Positions 1-8,982 of a stretch of 64,000 bases of DNA are shown piece by piece. A program made the translations under genes and the position numbers. This stretch comes from an uncultured Eubacteriales bacterium (GTDB lineage Bacteria; Bacillota; Clostridia; Oscillospirales; UBA644). The stretch spans positions 8,577 to 72,576 of the forward strand of contig CAJLLT010000001.1 in assembly GCA_905207625.1 (NCBI GenBank), given 5' to 3'. The notes beneath the pieces were generated by a model. It searched no databases. It saw only the letters and a program-made list of their open reading frames with translations, and had not been told where the DNA came from. Each line of letters starts with the position of its first letter. Position 1 is the stretch's first letter.

Positions 1-204
1 GCTGCCCCGGAAGGGGTGGACTGCGTATGCAGGCTTTACTGCCCGTCCCCTGTCCGTATCACGGAGCAGGACATGGAGATCCCATGCCAGCGGGACGAAA
101 GCGGAAAAACGGTTCTCTTCCGTTTTACCCCGGGAAGCCTGCGACGCATAACAATCAATACGGCAAAGACTGAGGGGAACGGAACAAATGCCAAAGGACG
201 TTAA
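1..204 (+). CDS. 3' end of an unidentified CDS that begins upstream of the window
   Basis: Frame 1 is open from base 1 to TAA at 202-204. It overlaps the next start by 17 nt. No recognisable motif. Confidence 0.3.
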   Translation, partial: AAPEGVDCVCRLYCPSPVRITEQDMEIPCQRDESGKTVLFRFTPGSLRRITINTAKTEGNGTNAKGR

Positions 205-841
205 ACTTGTTATTTTTGATATGGACGGACTCATTTTTGACACGGAAACACTTTACCTGAAAAAGTGGTTCGTCGCGGCGGAAATGTTCGGACTGACCAT
301 AACCGAAGACGCCGTTATAGCCTCCATGGGTGCGAACCGCAAGGGACAGGAAGAGTTCTTTCTGAACTATTTCGGAAAGGACTTCCCTTTCAACGACGTG
401 ATTTCCGTTATTTCGGAACTCATTGTCCGGGATGTGGAAGAAAACGGTCTGAAAATAAAGCCCGGATTCCGGGAACTGATTGATTTCCTGGATAAAAAGG
501 GGATCAAAAAGGCTCTTGCAACCTCCACAGGGCACCTGAGAACGGAAAAATACATGAAAATAGCCGGAACCGAAAAGACCTTTGACACTATAGTCTGCGG
601 AGACATGATAGCCAACGGAAAACCTGCTCCGGATATTTTTCTCAAAGCCGCGGAAAACCTCGGTATTGCCCCTGAAAAGTGCATGGTCCTGGAGGACTCC
701 GCCAATGGAATTCTTGCCGCCTGCAACGCCGGAATGATCCCGGTCTGCATTCCTGACATCAAGAAACCCTCACCTGAGATAATCGGGAAATGTTACCGTG
801 TTCTGCCCTCTCTCGACCTTGTGAAAAACGAAATATTATGA
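188..841 (+). CDS. HAD-superfamily hydrolase (beta-phosphoglucomutase-like phosphatase, subfamily IA)
   Basis: N-terminal DMDGLIFDTE nucleophile motif and C-terminal EDSANG motif; 217 aa; GAGGGGA upstream of the ATG. Confidence 0.85.
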   Translation: MPKDVKLVIFDMDGLIFDTETLYLKKWFVAAEMFGLTITEDAVIASMGANRKGQEEFFLNYFGKDFPFNDVISVISELIVRDVEENGLKIKPGFRELIDFLDKKGIKKALATSTGHLRTEKYMKIAGTEKTFDTIVCGDMIANGKPAPDIFLKAAENLGIAPEKCMVLEDSANGILAACNAGMIPVCIPDIKKPSPEIIGKCYRVLPSLDLVKNEIL

Positions 842-870
842 AGATTTAATAATTTTTTCGCATTTACCTA

Positions 871-899
871 TTGCATTTTTACTTTTTATGTGATATAAT
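871..899 (+). promoter_or_regulatory. sigma-A type promoter for rpmE
   Basis: TTGCAT (871-876), 17-nt spacer, TATAAT (894-899). Confidence 0.55.
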
Positions 900-940
900 A
901 TCGGAGTAAAATAACAGTTTTATGAAGGGGAGTGAACAGA

Positions 941-1141
941 GTGAAAGAAGGAATTCATCCCGTATATCAGGATTGCGTGGTCAAATGCGTCTGCGGTAAC
1001 GAGATCCCGACGCGTTCCACCAAGAAAGAAATCCGCGTAGAAATTTGCTCCAAGTGCCATCCGTTCTTCACCGGCAAGCAGAAGCTGGTTGATGCAGGCG
1101 GTCGTGTGGACAGATTCAAGAAGAAGTTCGGTCTTCAGTAA
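941..1141 (+). CDS. rpmE: 50S ribosomal protein L31 (Zn-ribbon type)
   Basis: MKEGIHP...KCVCGNE...[10 protein letters not shown]...[11 protein letters not shown] matches L31. The GTG at 941 sits a suitable distance after GGGGAG; the track ORF starts at 932. Confidence 0.95.
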   Translation: MKEGIHPVYQDCVVKCVCGNEIPTRSTKKEIRVEICSKCHPFFTGKQKLVDAGGRVDRFKKKFGLQ

Positions 1142-1148
1142 AAATCAA

Positions 1149-1180
1149 GGAGTTATCCGTGAGGATAGCTCCTTTTTTTT
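1149..1180 (+). terminator. intrinsic terminator after rpmE
   Basis: GGAGTTATCC / GGATAGCTCC stem with a GTGA loop, followed by T8. Confidence 0.7.
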
Positions 1181-1291
1181 GTAAAAAACATTTTCAGGGC
1201 ATCCCCTGCCCTATAAGCTCAGATATCCGCCTTTCAGGGTGGATATTTTTTATGCCCACCGGAGAAGGACCGGGTATTCGGACTTACCGTG

Positions 1292-1885
1292 TCACTTTGC
1301 GGCGCTTTGCTCTTCCTCCGGCTCAGGACTTCCCACAGCCTGACGTACTGTCTGGGCGATGCGATCGAAATGAGCGACCAGCGAATTGGGTTTACCCACC
1401 GGGTCATCCTTCGAAAAAGGAACAAAGAACATATTGCGGCTGTTCATAAGCAATCCTATGTTCTTTGCCCCGGCGCCGAGGGCATCGTTAGATGAAACCG
1501 CCACCACAACGGGACGTAGATTACGCAGATGAGCCTTCACGGCAAGGGTGACCGGAGTATCGGCGATCCCCAGAGCAAGTTTTGCCAGAGTATTACCGGT
1601 ACACGGTGCGATAACAATAACATCCAGAAGTTTCTTCGGACCGATGGGCTCCACCTGGGCCAAAGTATGAAGTACCGGTTTTCCGCAGATCCGGCTCATT
1701 GTATCAACAAAGTCCTGAGCCTTTCCGAACCGGGTATCCGTTTCATATGAAGTCTGGCTCATGATCGGAGTTATATCCCAGCCGAGGGCGGCAAGTTTTT
1801 CAAGCTGTTTCATTACCGCCGAAAATGTACAAAAAGACCCGGTCATGGCAAATCCGACCCTGAGGGGTCTGTTTTCTTCCGCCAA
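1292..1885 (-). CDS. dpaB: dipicolinate synthase subunit B (SpoVFB, flavoprotein family)
   Basis: GFAMTGSFCT...IAPCTGNTLAKLA motifs; TTG start 9 nt after the dpaA stop, preceded by GAGGTGA. Confidence 0.9.
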   Translation of the reverse strand: MAEENRPLRVGFAMTGSFCTFSAVMKQLEKLAALGWDITPIMSQTSYETDTRFGKAQDFVDTMSRICGKPVLHTLAQVEPIGPKKLLDVIVIAPCTGNTLAKLALGIADTPVTLAVKAHLRNLRPVVVAVSSNDALGAGAKNIGLLMNSRNMFFVPFSKDDPVGKPNSLVAHFDRIAQTVRQAVGSPEPEEEQSAAK

Positions 1886-1894
1886 AATATCACC

Positions 1895-2746
1895 TCAATT
1901 TTTCTCGGAAATGATATCCAGAATTGCTTTCTCTATAATCTGCCCGGCGGTTTTCGGACACATTTTCCCGGGCAGTCCGGGGGCAGGGACAGCCTTCAGC
2001 CCCAACTGTTCCGCAACGGAAAGGTCTATACCACCGGGTTTGGACGCAAGTTCTATAAACACGGCGGTTTTCCCGGCACGTTCAAGCTCTCTGCGCCCGA
2101 TCACAGGATACGGGACGGTATTGAATACAATATCGTATCGGTCCATGCTTTCCCATATCCGGCACGTATTCACACCGCACATTCCGCCGGCCCCGATCCA
2201 CGCGATATCGGAAGCTTTCCGGGCAGAAACCGTGACCTCAGCCCCCAAAGCCCTGAGCCTTGGAGCGAGTGCCTTCCCTATTCTTCCGTATCCGACGATC
2301 AGACACCGGCTCCCGGAAACAGTGCACGGGCGGGACTGCATAGCCAGAAGCACAGCCCCCTCAGCCGTGGCTACGGCGTTCGGTATAAGGACCTGTTCGA
2401 GTTCAAGACAGTCATGGACCTGAGCCAACGTTTCCATTGAAAAAGATGCAGGTATCCCTCCGCCGAAAACGACAGAATCCGGGGGAACCAACGGGGCAAG
2501 ATCCGAGATCCGGAGTTTCCGGTCAGAGAGCGGAGTGTTAAGCCATTCCCCGTCACGGCTGCAGGGGAACGGAAGGACAACATAATCAGCCCCTCTCAGA
2601 GCCTCCCCGACACAGGCTTCCTCCCTTCCTGGATCTTCCCGTTCAAGTCCGTACGTCCTTACCTCATACCCTTTTTCAGCCAAAGACCGGGCAAGGTAAA
2701 CCGTTCTCATATCTCCGCCGATGACGGCAAATCTTTTTCCCGACAT
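1895..2746 (-). CDS. dpaA: dipicolinate synthase subunit A (SpoVFA)
   Basis: 283 aa with an N-terminal FAVIGGDMR dinucleotide-fold motif and an internal GYGRIGK motif; AAGGAGG SD; immediately upstream of dpaB. Confidence 0.85.
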   Translation of the reverse strand: MSGKRFAVIGGDMRTVYLARSLAEKGYEVRTYGLEREDPGREEACVGEALRGADYVVLPFPCSRDGEWLNTPLSDRKLRISDLAPLVPPDSVVFGGGIPASFSMETLAQVHDCLELEQVLIPNAVATAEGAVLLAMQSRPCTVSGSRCLIVGYGRIGKALAPRLRALGAEVTVSARKASDIAWIGAGGMCGVNTCRIWESMDRYDIVFNTVPYPVIGRRELERAGKTAVFIELASKPGGIDLSVAEQLGLKAVPAPGLPGKMCPKTAGQIIEKAILDIISEKN

Positions 2747-2772
2747 TCTTTCCCCTCCTTTGCGGTATACTA

Positions 2773-2800
2773 TATAATATGCCGCCGGATAATAAAGAGT
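2773..2800 (-). promoter_or_regulatory. candidate sigma-K-type (mother-cell) promoter for dpaAB
   Basis: On the minus strand, AC then 17 nt then CATATTATA (fits AC-N16/17-CATAnnnTA), about 25 nt upstream of the dpaA SD. Confidence 0.35.
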
Positions 2801-2890
2801 GAAACTGTCGGGACCGGTTTTCCGGCAAAGTCACCGGTTGAACAGTTTATCCGCATAAACCGCAACTCTCACCTGAAATAAATATAAAAA

Positions 2891-2921
2891 CAAAAGTCTG
2901 CCTTTTCAGGCAGACTTTTTT
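2891..2921. terminator. bidirectional hairpin terminator downstream of metA
   Basis: AAGTCTGCC / GGCAGACTT stem flanked by an A-run and a T-run. Confidence 0.65.
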
Positions 2922-2930
2922 CTGTATCTG

Positions 2931-3827
2931 TTAAATCAAATGGTCGCTGTTCATCCCGGCAAGGGTCCTGACCCAGTTGCCGTAGAGCGTCCTCCCCGTT
3001 TCACGCCATGTAAGTCCGGGAATAAGTGCAGGATCGTCGTTCGGGAAATAATGCTTCGGCTTCGCAATATTTTCTCCCTTTTCAAGGTCCCGGAAATACT
3101 CCCGGGAAAGGGTGTCGGCGTCATACTCGGAATGTCCCATGGAGCACACAAGCCGCAGGTCGGCAGACGCGACAATATGAACTCCCGCCTCCTTCGAGCA
3201 GGCTACAAGAGAAAGATCTTTCTGCTTTAAAATATCGTCGGCTGTTACTTCCGTGTGACGGGAATGAGGGGTTGCAAACGGATTTTTCAATCCTCTGACA
3301 ATATCGTTTTTGGAATCAAGAATATCATGTTCAAAAACGCCGAACATTTTCTCCGGCAAAGCCCGTTTCTCTATCCCGTAACGGTGATAAAGAATCGCCT
3401 GGGCTCCCCAGCATATGGAAAAAACAGAACGGACATGAGTCTCAGCCCAATCAAAAATACGGCAGAGCTCATCCCAATACAATACCTGCCCGTAATCAAA
3501 AAGTTCAACGGGAGCACCGGTCACAATGAAGCCGTCGAAAAATGAATCGCTGTACTCATCAAAGCCCTTATAGAACCGATTCATATACTCACTGTCGGCA
3601 TTTTTCGAAGTATAAGTGACGGTTTTCATCAGGTCCAGATCAATATCAAGACCCGCCGATGCCAACATGCGGATTATCTGGGTCTCAGTGACCGTTTTTG
3701 TGGGCATAAGGTTGAGAAGGAGTATTTTCAGAGGCTTGAGCCCCGAAGGCTCGCCCTGATTGAGGATTATACCTTCCCGTCGGAGCAGATCCGTTGCGGG
3801 AAGCCCGTCCGGAACAGAAAACCGCAT
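2931..3827 (-). CDS. metA: homoserine O-acyltransferase (MetA family)
   Basis: MRFSVPDGLPA... N-terminus is colinear with MetA (MPIxVP..LPA); LNLMP and ICWGAQ motifs. ATG at 3827 lies 6 nt after GGGGG; the longer track ORF to 3920 is unlikely. Confidence 0.9.
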   Translation of the reverse strand: MRFSVPDGLPATDLLRREGIILNQGEPSGLKPLKILLLNLMPTKTVTETQIIRMLASAGLDIDLDLMKTVTYTSKNADSEYMNRFYKGFDEYSDSFFDGFIVTGAPVELFDYGQVLYWDELCRIFDWAETHVRSVFSICWGAQAILYHRYGIEKRALPEKMFGVFEHDILDSKNDIVRGLKNPFATPHSRHTEVTADDILKQKDLSLVACSKEAGVHIVASADLRLVCSMGHSEYDADTLSREYFRDLEKGENIAKPKHYFPNDDPALIPGLTWRETGRTLYGNWVRTLAGMNSDHLI

Positions 3828-3866
3828 CCTCATCCCCCTTTCAGACCCTACAATTATCATGCTGAC

Positions 3867-3895
3867 AGTATAACAAATATTTTCGACAAAGTCAA
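3867..3895 (-). promoter_or_regulatory. sigma-A promoter for metA carrying a perfect 0A box (TGTCGAA) in its spacer
   Basis: Minus strand reads TTGACT, 17-nt spacer TTGTCGAAAATATTTGT, TATACT; the leader is short, so there is no room for an S-box. Confidence 0.55.
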
Positions 3896-4135
3896 TACAG
3901 GTTTTTAAAAAAATAAGCAAACATTGTCTGTTTTTGGATTTTTCCCGTCATTTCACGCTTTTGTCTTCATACGACAAATAAATCTCTCCATTTATCGACT
4001 TTTATTACTCTTTTTTTCCCTTTACAAAAGGTAATAACTGTATAAATATTCATTTATGCGGTTAATTATATTTATTTTTTGTCGATAAATGTCGTTTACT
4101 GCGGTTTTTATATGTTTTTGGGTCTTTTTTTCTCT

Positions 4136-4164
4136 TTATTTTGCACCCTGTTTTGTGGTAAAAT
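4136..4164 (+). promoter_or_regulatory. candidate extended -10 promoter for spo0A
   Basis: TGgTAAAAT (4156-4164) with a weak -35 TTATTT; lies about 70 nt upstream of the spo0A ATG. Confidence 0.3.
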
Positions 4165-4233
4165 AGTATCAGGAAAGATTCGAATACAGAAATACAGATT
4201 AAAAAACAAGATTTTCAGGAGGAGTCAGCGATA

Positions 4234-5058
4234 ATGAATGAAAGAACCAAAATACTGATTGTGGATGGTCAAACCGAACAGCGTAATGCTTACAAAGAAC
4301 GCCTTAATCTTACAGGTTACGATGTAATCGGTTGTACGGCCAATCCCCGTCAGGGTTTGGAAATGATCGATCAGTTCCAGCCGGACTTCGTGTTGTTCGA
4401 CATTGTTCTTTCCCCCATAGACGGCATCACCTTTCTTAAAGAAGCGATGAACGCCAAAGACGGGAGAAAATGCAAATACATTGCTCTTTCCTCTATAACA
4501 AATGAAAGGATAATCCGCGACGCGGTTTCTGCAGGAGCCGACTATTTCATCGCAAAACCTTTTGAACCCCAGGTACTTACAGACAGAATCAAATCGCTTG
4601 CAGAGCCCTTTGATGCCGCTGAAGAATTCGGCTTTACGGAGGAAGCCGGATCAATAGACAACTGTACGGCGGTCGAGACCGATCTGGAATCCCAGGTAAC
4701 TTCCCTGATACTTGAAATCGGTATTCCCGCGCACATCAAGGGATTTCATTATGTAAGAAGCGCCATTATGATGGCTGTGGAAAACCCTGAAACCATAAGT
4801 GCAATAACAAAGATAGTTTATCCCACAATTGCAAAACAGTACCACACCGCCCCCACGAGAGTAGAACGTGCGATACGTCACGCGATCGAAGTTGCCTGGG
4901 ACAGAGGAGATTACGACACACTTAACAGCATATTCGGCTTTTCCGTTGATAACAATAAAGGAAAACCCACCAATTCGGAATTTATAGGACTGTTGTCTGA
5001 CCAGCTCAGACTGAAGAATAAGAAAACCGCTGAACATAAAGAACTTCGCATAAAATAA
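4234..5058 (+). CDS. spo0A: sporulation master response regulator Spo0A
   Basis: Receiver domain plus the diagnostic C-terminal GIPAHIKGFHYVRSAI and YPTIAKQYHTAPTRVERAIRHAIEVAW motifs; AGGAGG SD. Confidence 0.95.
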   Translation: MNERTKILIVDGQTEQRNAYKERLNLTGYDVIGCTANPRQGLEMIDQFQPDFVLFDIVLSPIDGITFLKEAMNAKDGRKCKYIALSSITNERIIRDAVSAGADYFIAKPFEPQVLTDRIKSLAEPFDAAEEFGFTEEAGSIDNCTAVETDLESQVTSLILEIGIPAHIKGFHYVRSAIMMAVENPETISAITKIVYPTIAKQYHTAPTRVERAIRHAIEVAWDRGDYDTLNSIFGFSVDNNKGKPTNSEFIGLLSDQLRLKNKKTAEHKELRIK

Positions 5059-5137
5059 ACCCTATTTTATAAAACCGAAAAAAGATCCGGACAAAGATAC
5101 CCGCATCTGGATCTCTGTCCGGGATAATATAGAATAA

Positions 5138-5174
5138 GACATCCCCCGCTGTGACGAACACAGCGGGGGATGTC
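5138..5174. terminator. shared convergent terminator (spo0A and lipoprotein operon)
   Basis: 16-bp perfect stem GACATCCCCCGCTGTG / CACAGCGGGGGATGTC with T-rich flanks on both strands. Confidence 0.75.
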
Positions 5175-5190
5175 TTTATAACGTTTTCTT

Positions 5191-5940
5191 TTACTCCTGA
5201 CCTAACAGTTGTCTTACAAAATCCTGAATATCGTACGTAAGCCGCACGGAAGCTATCCTGAACTCAAAAGAAGGGCTTTCAAGCACCATTCTGTCATTTT
5301 CCGGTCCGAGGATCATATCCCCGAAAATACGGATGCAGGGCTGTCCTTCGTACACAGCGCAAAGCTGTCCGTAGTAACATCCGTCACAGGCATACGTATC
5401 CTTTTTATCCATCTTATAGTAAGAGGGTTCCTGATATTTTAGCCCGGAAAAACTGTATGTCGCTTCATAAGTAAGATTCAGCAGATCCTGCCTCAGATCC
5501 CCTTCGGCAACAAAACTCCGGTTGAAATAAACGTGACCATTATGCTCATCGGTCATTTCCGTATAAGCAAAATCCCGTATAACAACATCTTTTACCTTGT
5601 CCCGGGTAAGAACCCTGTCTATATCTTTACGCACAAAAAGAGAAAGATACCCTACACATGGAACAACAAGAAACAAATCGTCAGTATTTTCAAACAGCAG
5701 GACATCTATCTTCATCCCGTCGCCGACTTTTCCGTCACTGTTTTCGGAACGGATCCACGCAACGGACTTCACCGTTGGAACAGATTCCATACTCCATTCG
5801 GAGAAATTATCCTGAACGTATGAATGCCCGTTATATGAAATAACTGCAAGGTCGGAGATGTAAAGGACTTTCCTCGCACATCCGGAAACAAGTATCCCGA
5901 AAAGCGCAAGAACAAGGGTTACAGCCGAAAATTTTCTCAC
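5191..5940 (-). CDS. lipoprotein of unknown function (paralog of the upstream gene)
   Basis: Signal peptide with lipobox LVSGC; GTG start in a GTGA overlap with the upstream stop. Confidence 0.7.
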   Translation of the reverse strand: MRKFSAVTLVLALFGILVSGCARKVLYISDLAVISYNGHSYVQDNFSEWSMESVPTVKSVAWIRSENSDGKVGDGMKIDVLLFENTDDLFLVVPCVGYLSLFVRKDIDRVLTRDKVKDVVIRDFAYTEMTDEHNGHVYFNRSFVAEGDLRQDLLNLTYEATYSFSGLKYQEPSYYKMDKKDTYACDGCYYGQLCAVYEGQPCIRIFGDMILGPENDRMVLESPSFEFRIASVRLTYDIQDFVRQLLGQE

Positions 5941-6578
5941 TGTTCCGAACCTCCGTACTGACTCTTTATATTATCCGCCAACATACGGCAAATGTTCTCA
6001 TCCGCCCGGTTCGATCCGGTTTCATAATCCCGTATGATAACACACAGGGGAATATTCTCAAACTCTGCCGCAACCCGAAAATTCATGGAGTAGGCCTCGT
6101 CGGAGGTTCCGGAAAAGCTGAGGGAATCCAGATATCTGAGCATCATTTTTTCGTCATCGCCGTGAATGGATACGGTCCTGTTCCGGTAGACAACTGCTGT
6201 ATTTTCATTCTCACGGACGGTCACAGAATCAACCAGGACATACAGTCCGCGTATGTTCTCCCGGGTCAGTCTCGTTCCCTTCTGAACATATGCCGCAAAG
6301 GAATCGTCTTTGGGAATGAACAGAATCCGTCCCTCAGGATCATCCTTAAGCCTGTACACATCGATAGACTCAGTCTTCTCATCAAGATTCCCAAGCCACC
6401 CTTTTTCTGCCACAAGATCTTCTGCTGTGGGCGCGGTGAAAGTATCCTTGTTACGGAAGTCGGCATCGACCTCAATATAGACTTTTCCGTTAAAACAAAG
6501 CCTCCTGTACGGTCCGCATCCTGACATCATCAATAAAATGAGGATAACAGTAACAACTGTTATGGCTGTTTTTTTCAT
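5937..6578 (-). CDS. lipoprotein of unknown function
   Basis: Signal peptide with lipobox MMSGC; ATGA overlap with the upstream gene. Confidence 0.7.
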   Translation of the reverse strand: MKKTAITVVTVILILLMMSGCGPYRRLCFNGKVYIEVDADFRNKDTFTAPTAEDLVAEKGWLGNLDEKTESIDVYRLKDDPEGRILFIPKDDSFAAYVQKGTRLTRENIRGLYVLVDSVTVRENENTAVVYRNRTVSIHGDDEKMMLRYLDSLSFSGTSDEAYSMNFRVAAEFENIPLCVIIRDYETGSNRADENICRMLADNIKSQYGGSEQ

Positions 6579-7375
6579 TCTGCACCGCTTTCTTCTTTCC
6601 CGTCAGCCGCAGCTGAATCATTGTCGGAAGACTCCACGGAAACATGATCGTCCTGAGCCCCACCGAATGAATCTTCCTCTCCTGTTTCATTTGTTCCGGA
6701 CTTTTGCAGAAAAGAGAGATCTCCGGAAAGTGCTTTCACATACGCAGATTTACCGTTGCCGATTACTGCCTTTTTCAGCTTTTGGGAACAGACCACGCCG
6801 TATATGTACTCGGCAATGATGGCTATTATTACAATGCCCGGGATAATAAGGGACACCACATATCCGCCGAGAGAATTGGCTTTGTAAATCAGATACGCAA
6901 TATTCAACGCATCAAGAACCGCCAGAACCAGTGCGACGATCATCCATCCGGGACGTTTTTTAGAAAAGATCCAGCAAAGGAAAAGTGCAACTATCGGAAC
7001 TACAATAAGTATTCCGCAAATGATCATGGCGACCAGTCTCATCTGAGGATTATGCGCCACTGCTGGCTGCTCAAGCAAGCTCTGAAGAGTTGCCCCCATT
7101 TCATAAGGAAAATATGAGAAAAAAAGAAACAGCTCCGTTCTCCCGCAGAAAAGCTGCACAAGGTTGACCACCGTCAGGATTACGACTAGCAGCATGGTAT
7201 TCCTTGCGCTCCTGTACCACTTCACGTATCTGATAATATTGCGTTCCATACAGAGTTCTCCGTTCACTTTATTTTTGTTAAATACTTCGGGACGTGTTTC
7301 AATTCCCGGAACTTTCCGTTCGTTTTCCGCGGATGTTTCGGGATCGTTCACATCAGGGCTTTGAGAAACAGACAT
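6575..7375 (-). CDS. multi-pass membrane protein with acidic disordered termini, unknown function
   Basis: Several hydrophobic helices and an acidic Ser/Asp/Glu-rich C-terminal tail. An alternative ATG at 7249 has a better SD (ACGGAGA). Confidence 0.6.
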   Translation of the reverse strand: MSVSQSPDVNDPETSAENERKVPGIETRPEVFNKNKVNGELCMERNIIRYVKWYRSARNTMLLVVILTVVNLVQLFCGRTELFLFFSYFPYEMGATLQSLLEQPAVAHNPQMRLVAMIICGILIVVPIVALFLCWIFSKKRPGWMIVALVLAVLDALNIAYLIYKANSLGGYVVSLIIPGIVIIAIIAEYIYGVVCSQKLKKAVIGNGKSAYVKALSGDLSFLQKSGTNETGEEDSFGGAQDDHVSVESSDNDSAAADGKEESGAE

Positions 7376-7414
7376 TTCAGCATTTTCCGGTTTTATGTTC
7401 CATAACCGTCACCG

Positions 7415-8293
7415 TTACGTCAGATTGAGTTTCTTTGTAACGGAATGGTGCATAAGAACTAATGCTCCGACGGAAAAAGCCAGATTCAGGAGTATTCCCA
7501 GAACAAGAAATGAGACCACGGAACCGAAAGTCACAACACCGGAATTCGCAGTGCCTGTTTCAAGAACCAGGGAGCCCACAGACAGCATCGTATACTGAAT
7601 AAACCTGATCAGATAGTTTGCTCCGACATAGATTCCGATACTGGCAAAAACCTTGTGCTTCTTTGCTATCTGACATCCAAGGGTAACGCATGCATATCCG
7701 ATTGTTATCCACGCAAAAAACAGAACGATGACATAAATCAGAGCCAGAATCACAATGCAATGAAACTCGGGGGTACTCCACATATCCCCCATAAATTCCG
7801 GAATCTTCCGGAAAGTTTCCTTCAACGCGGAAAAAAGCGAGAAATTCCCGTAAGGAGAAACAGCGATGCCTATCACGGCAAAAATAGCCGCGCACCCGAT
7901 AATAAATACTACTCCGGAACAGATGTACCATATAAAAGAAGTCAGGATCTTACTCCAGATCTGGCTCATGGCAGACGCCGGAAGAGTATGGGTAAGGTAG
8001 CCCTGGGAAGTAAAGAACTTTTTATAGTAGTAAGACAGACAGAATATCGTAACAAGCAGAGCACAGACTATCATGCCCAGATACGCGAAGATACTCAGGG
8101 AAACCGTCCACGTCAGATAGATATTACCGAGAGCCCGGGATTCTTCATTCAGCCCCCAGGAACTCCGGATAATGGATAAAAGCACGGACACCCCCACTCC
8201 GCACAGGATACTCAGAGCAATATACACCAGGTATACGGGGAGTATCATCCGTGATGTGGCGCGAAGGTCGTATTTAAGAAGTTTTCCTAACAT
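7415..8293 (-). CDS. ABC-2-type transporter permease (YtrC/D-like)
   Basis: 292 aa, about 6 hydrophobic helices, N-terminus MLGKLLKYDLR typical of ABC-2 permeases; overlaps the ATPase stop by 7 nt. Confidence 0.65.
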   Translation of the reverse strand: MLGKLLKYDLRATSRMILPVYLVYIALSILCGVGVSVLLSIIRSSWGLNEESRALGNIYLTWTVSLSIFAYLGMIVCALLVTIFCLSYYYKKFFTSQGYLTHTLPASAMSQIWSKILTSFIWYICSGVVFIIGCAAIFAVIGIAVSPYGNFSLFSALKETFRKIPEFMGDMWSTPEFHCIVILALIYVIVLFFAWITIGYACVTLGCQIAKKHKVFASIGIYVGANYLIRFIQYTMLSVGSLVLETGTANSGVVTFGSVVSFLVLGILLNLAFSVGALVLMHHSVTKKLNLT

Positions 8294-8982
8294 CTGAACA
8301 CCTCCCTGAACAATTCGTCGACGGTCTTTCCCTTTTCCTCACGGACCGTCTCAACGCATCCGCACTCAATTATGCGGCCCTTGTCGATAAAAAGAAAATC
8401 ATCCAGGACGTTCTCCACATCGGAGATCAGATGTGTGGAAATAATGACCGAAGATTCCCGGTCATAATTATTGATTATAGTCTCTATTATGTAATCCCGG
8501 GCGGCAGGATCAACTCCCCCTATCGGCTCGTCAAGAAGATAAAGCTTAGCCCTTCGGGACATGGTCAGCACAAGCCCGACCTTCTCCCGTGTGCCCTTGG
8601 AAAGGGTACGGAGCCGCAGCTCCGCACCTATTCCCAGACGGGACATCATCTGTTCCGCCCTGTCGGCATCAAAGTCCTTGTAAAAGTCCCTGAACATCCG
8701 TATAAGCTGCCTGACCTTCATATACCCGGGAAGGTAATCCGTATCCGGCAGATACGAGACCATAGCTTTGGTTTCGGCGCAGGGGGATTTGCCGCAGATG
8801 AGAATCTGCCCCGTTGTGGGGGTAAGCAATCCCGCAACCATTTTCATCAAAGTCGTCTTGCCGCTTCCGTTGGTTCCCAACAGCCCGACTATACGCCCCT
8901 TGCCGACGGAAAAATTAAGCCGGTCAACAGCGCACAGCCTGCCGTAGTTCTTCGTGAGAGACAAACATTCAAGGACCTTCAT
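8287..8982 (-). CDS. ABC transporter ATP-binding protein (YtrB-like)
   Basis: Walker A GTNGSGKTT, signature-like LSKGTREK, Walker B LYLLDEP. Confidence 0.9.
   Translation of the reverse strand: MKVLECLSLTKNYGRLCAVDRLNFSVGKGRIVGLLGTNGSGKTTLMKMVAGLLTPTTGQILICGKSPCAETKAMVSYLPDTDYLPGYMKVRQLIRMFRDFYKDFDADRAEQMMSRLGIGAELRLRTLSKGTREKVGLVLTMSRRAKLYLLDEPIGGVDPAARDYIIETIINNYDRESSVIISTHLISDVENVLDDFLFIDKGRIIECGCVETVREEKGKTVDELFREVFRC

Noticed and set aside
16-204. 62-aa ORF as an independent small gene
   Set aside because: The reading frame is open back to base 1, so this is more simply the 3' end of a gene truncated by the window edge.
3834-3900. S-box (SAM) riboswitch upstream of metA
   Set aside because: The metA promoter lies only about 35 nt from the start codon, which leaves no room for the ~110-nt S-box. 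No S-box core sequences were seen.
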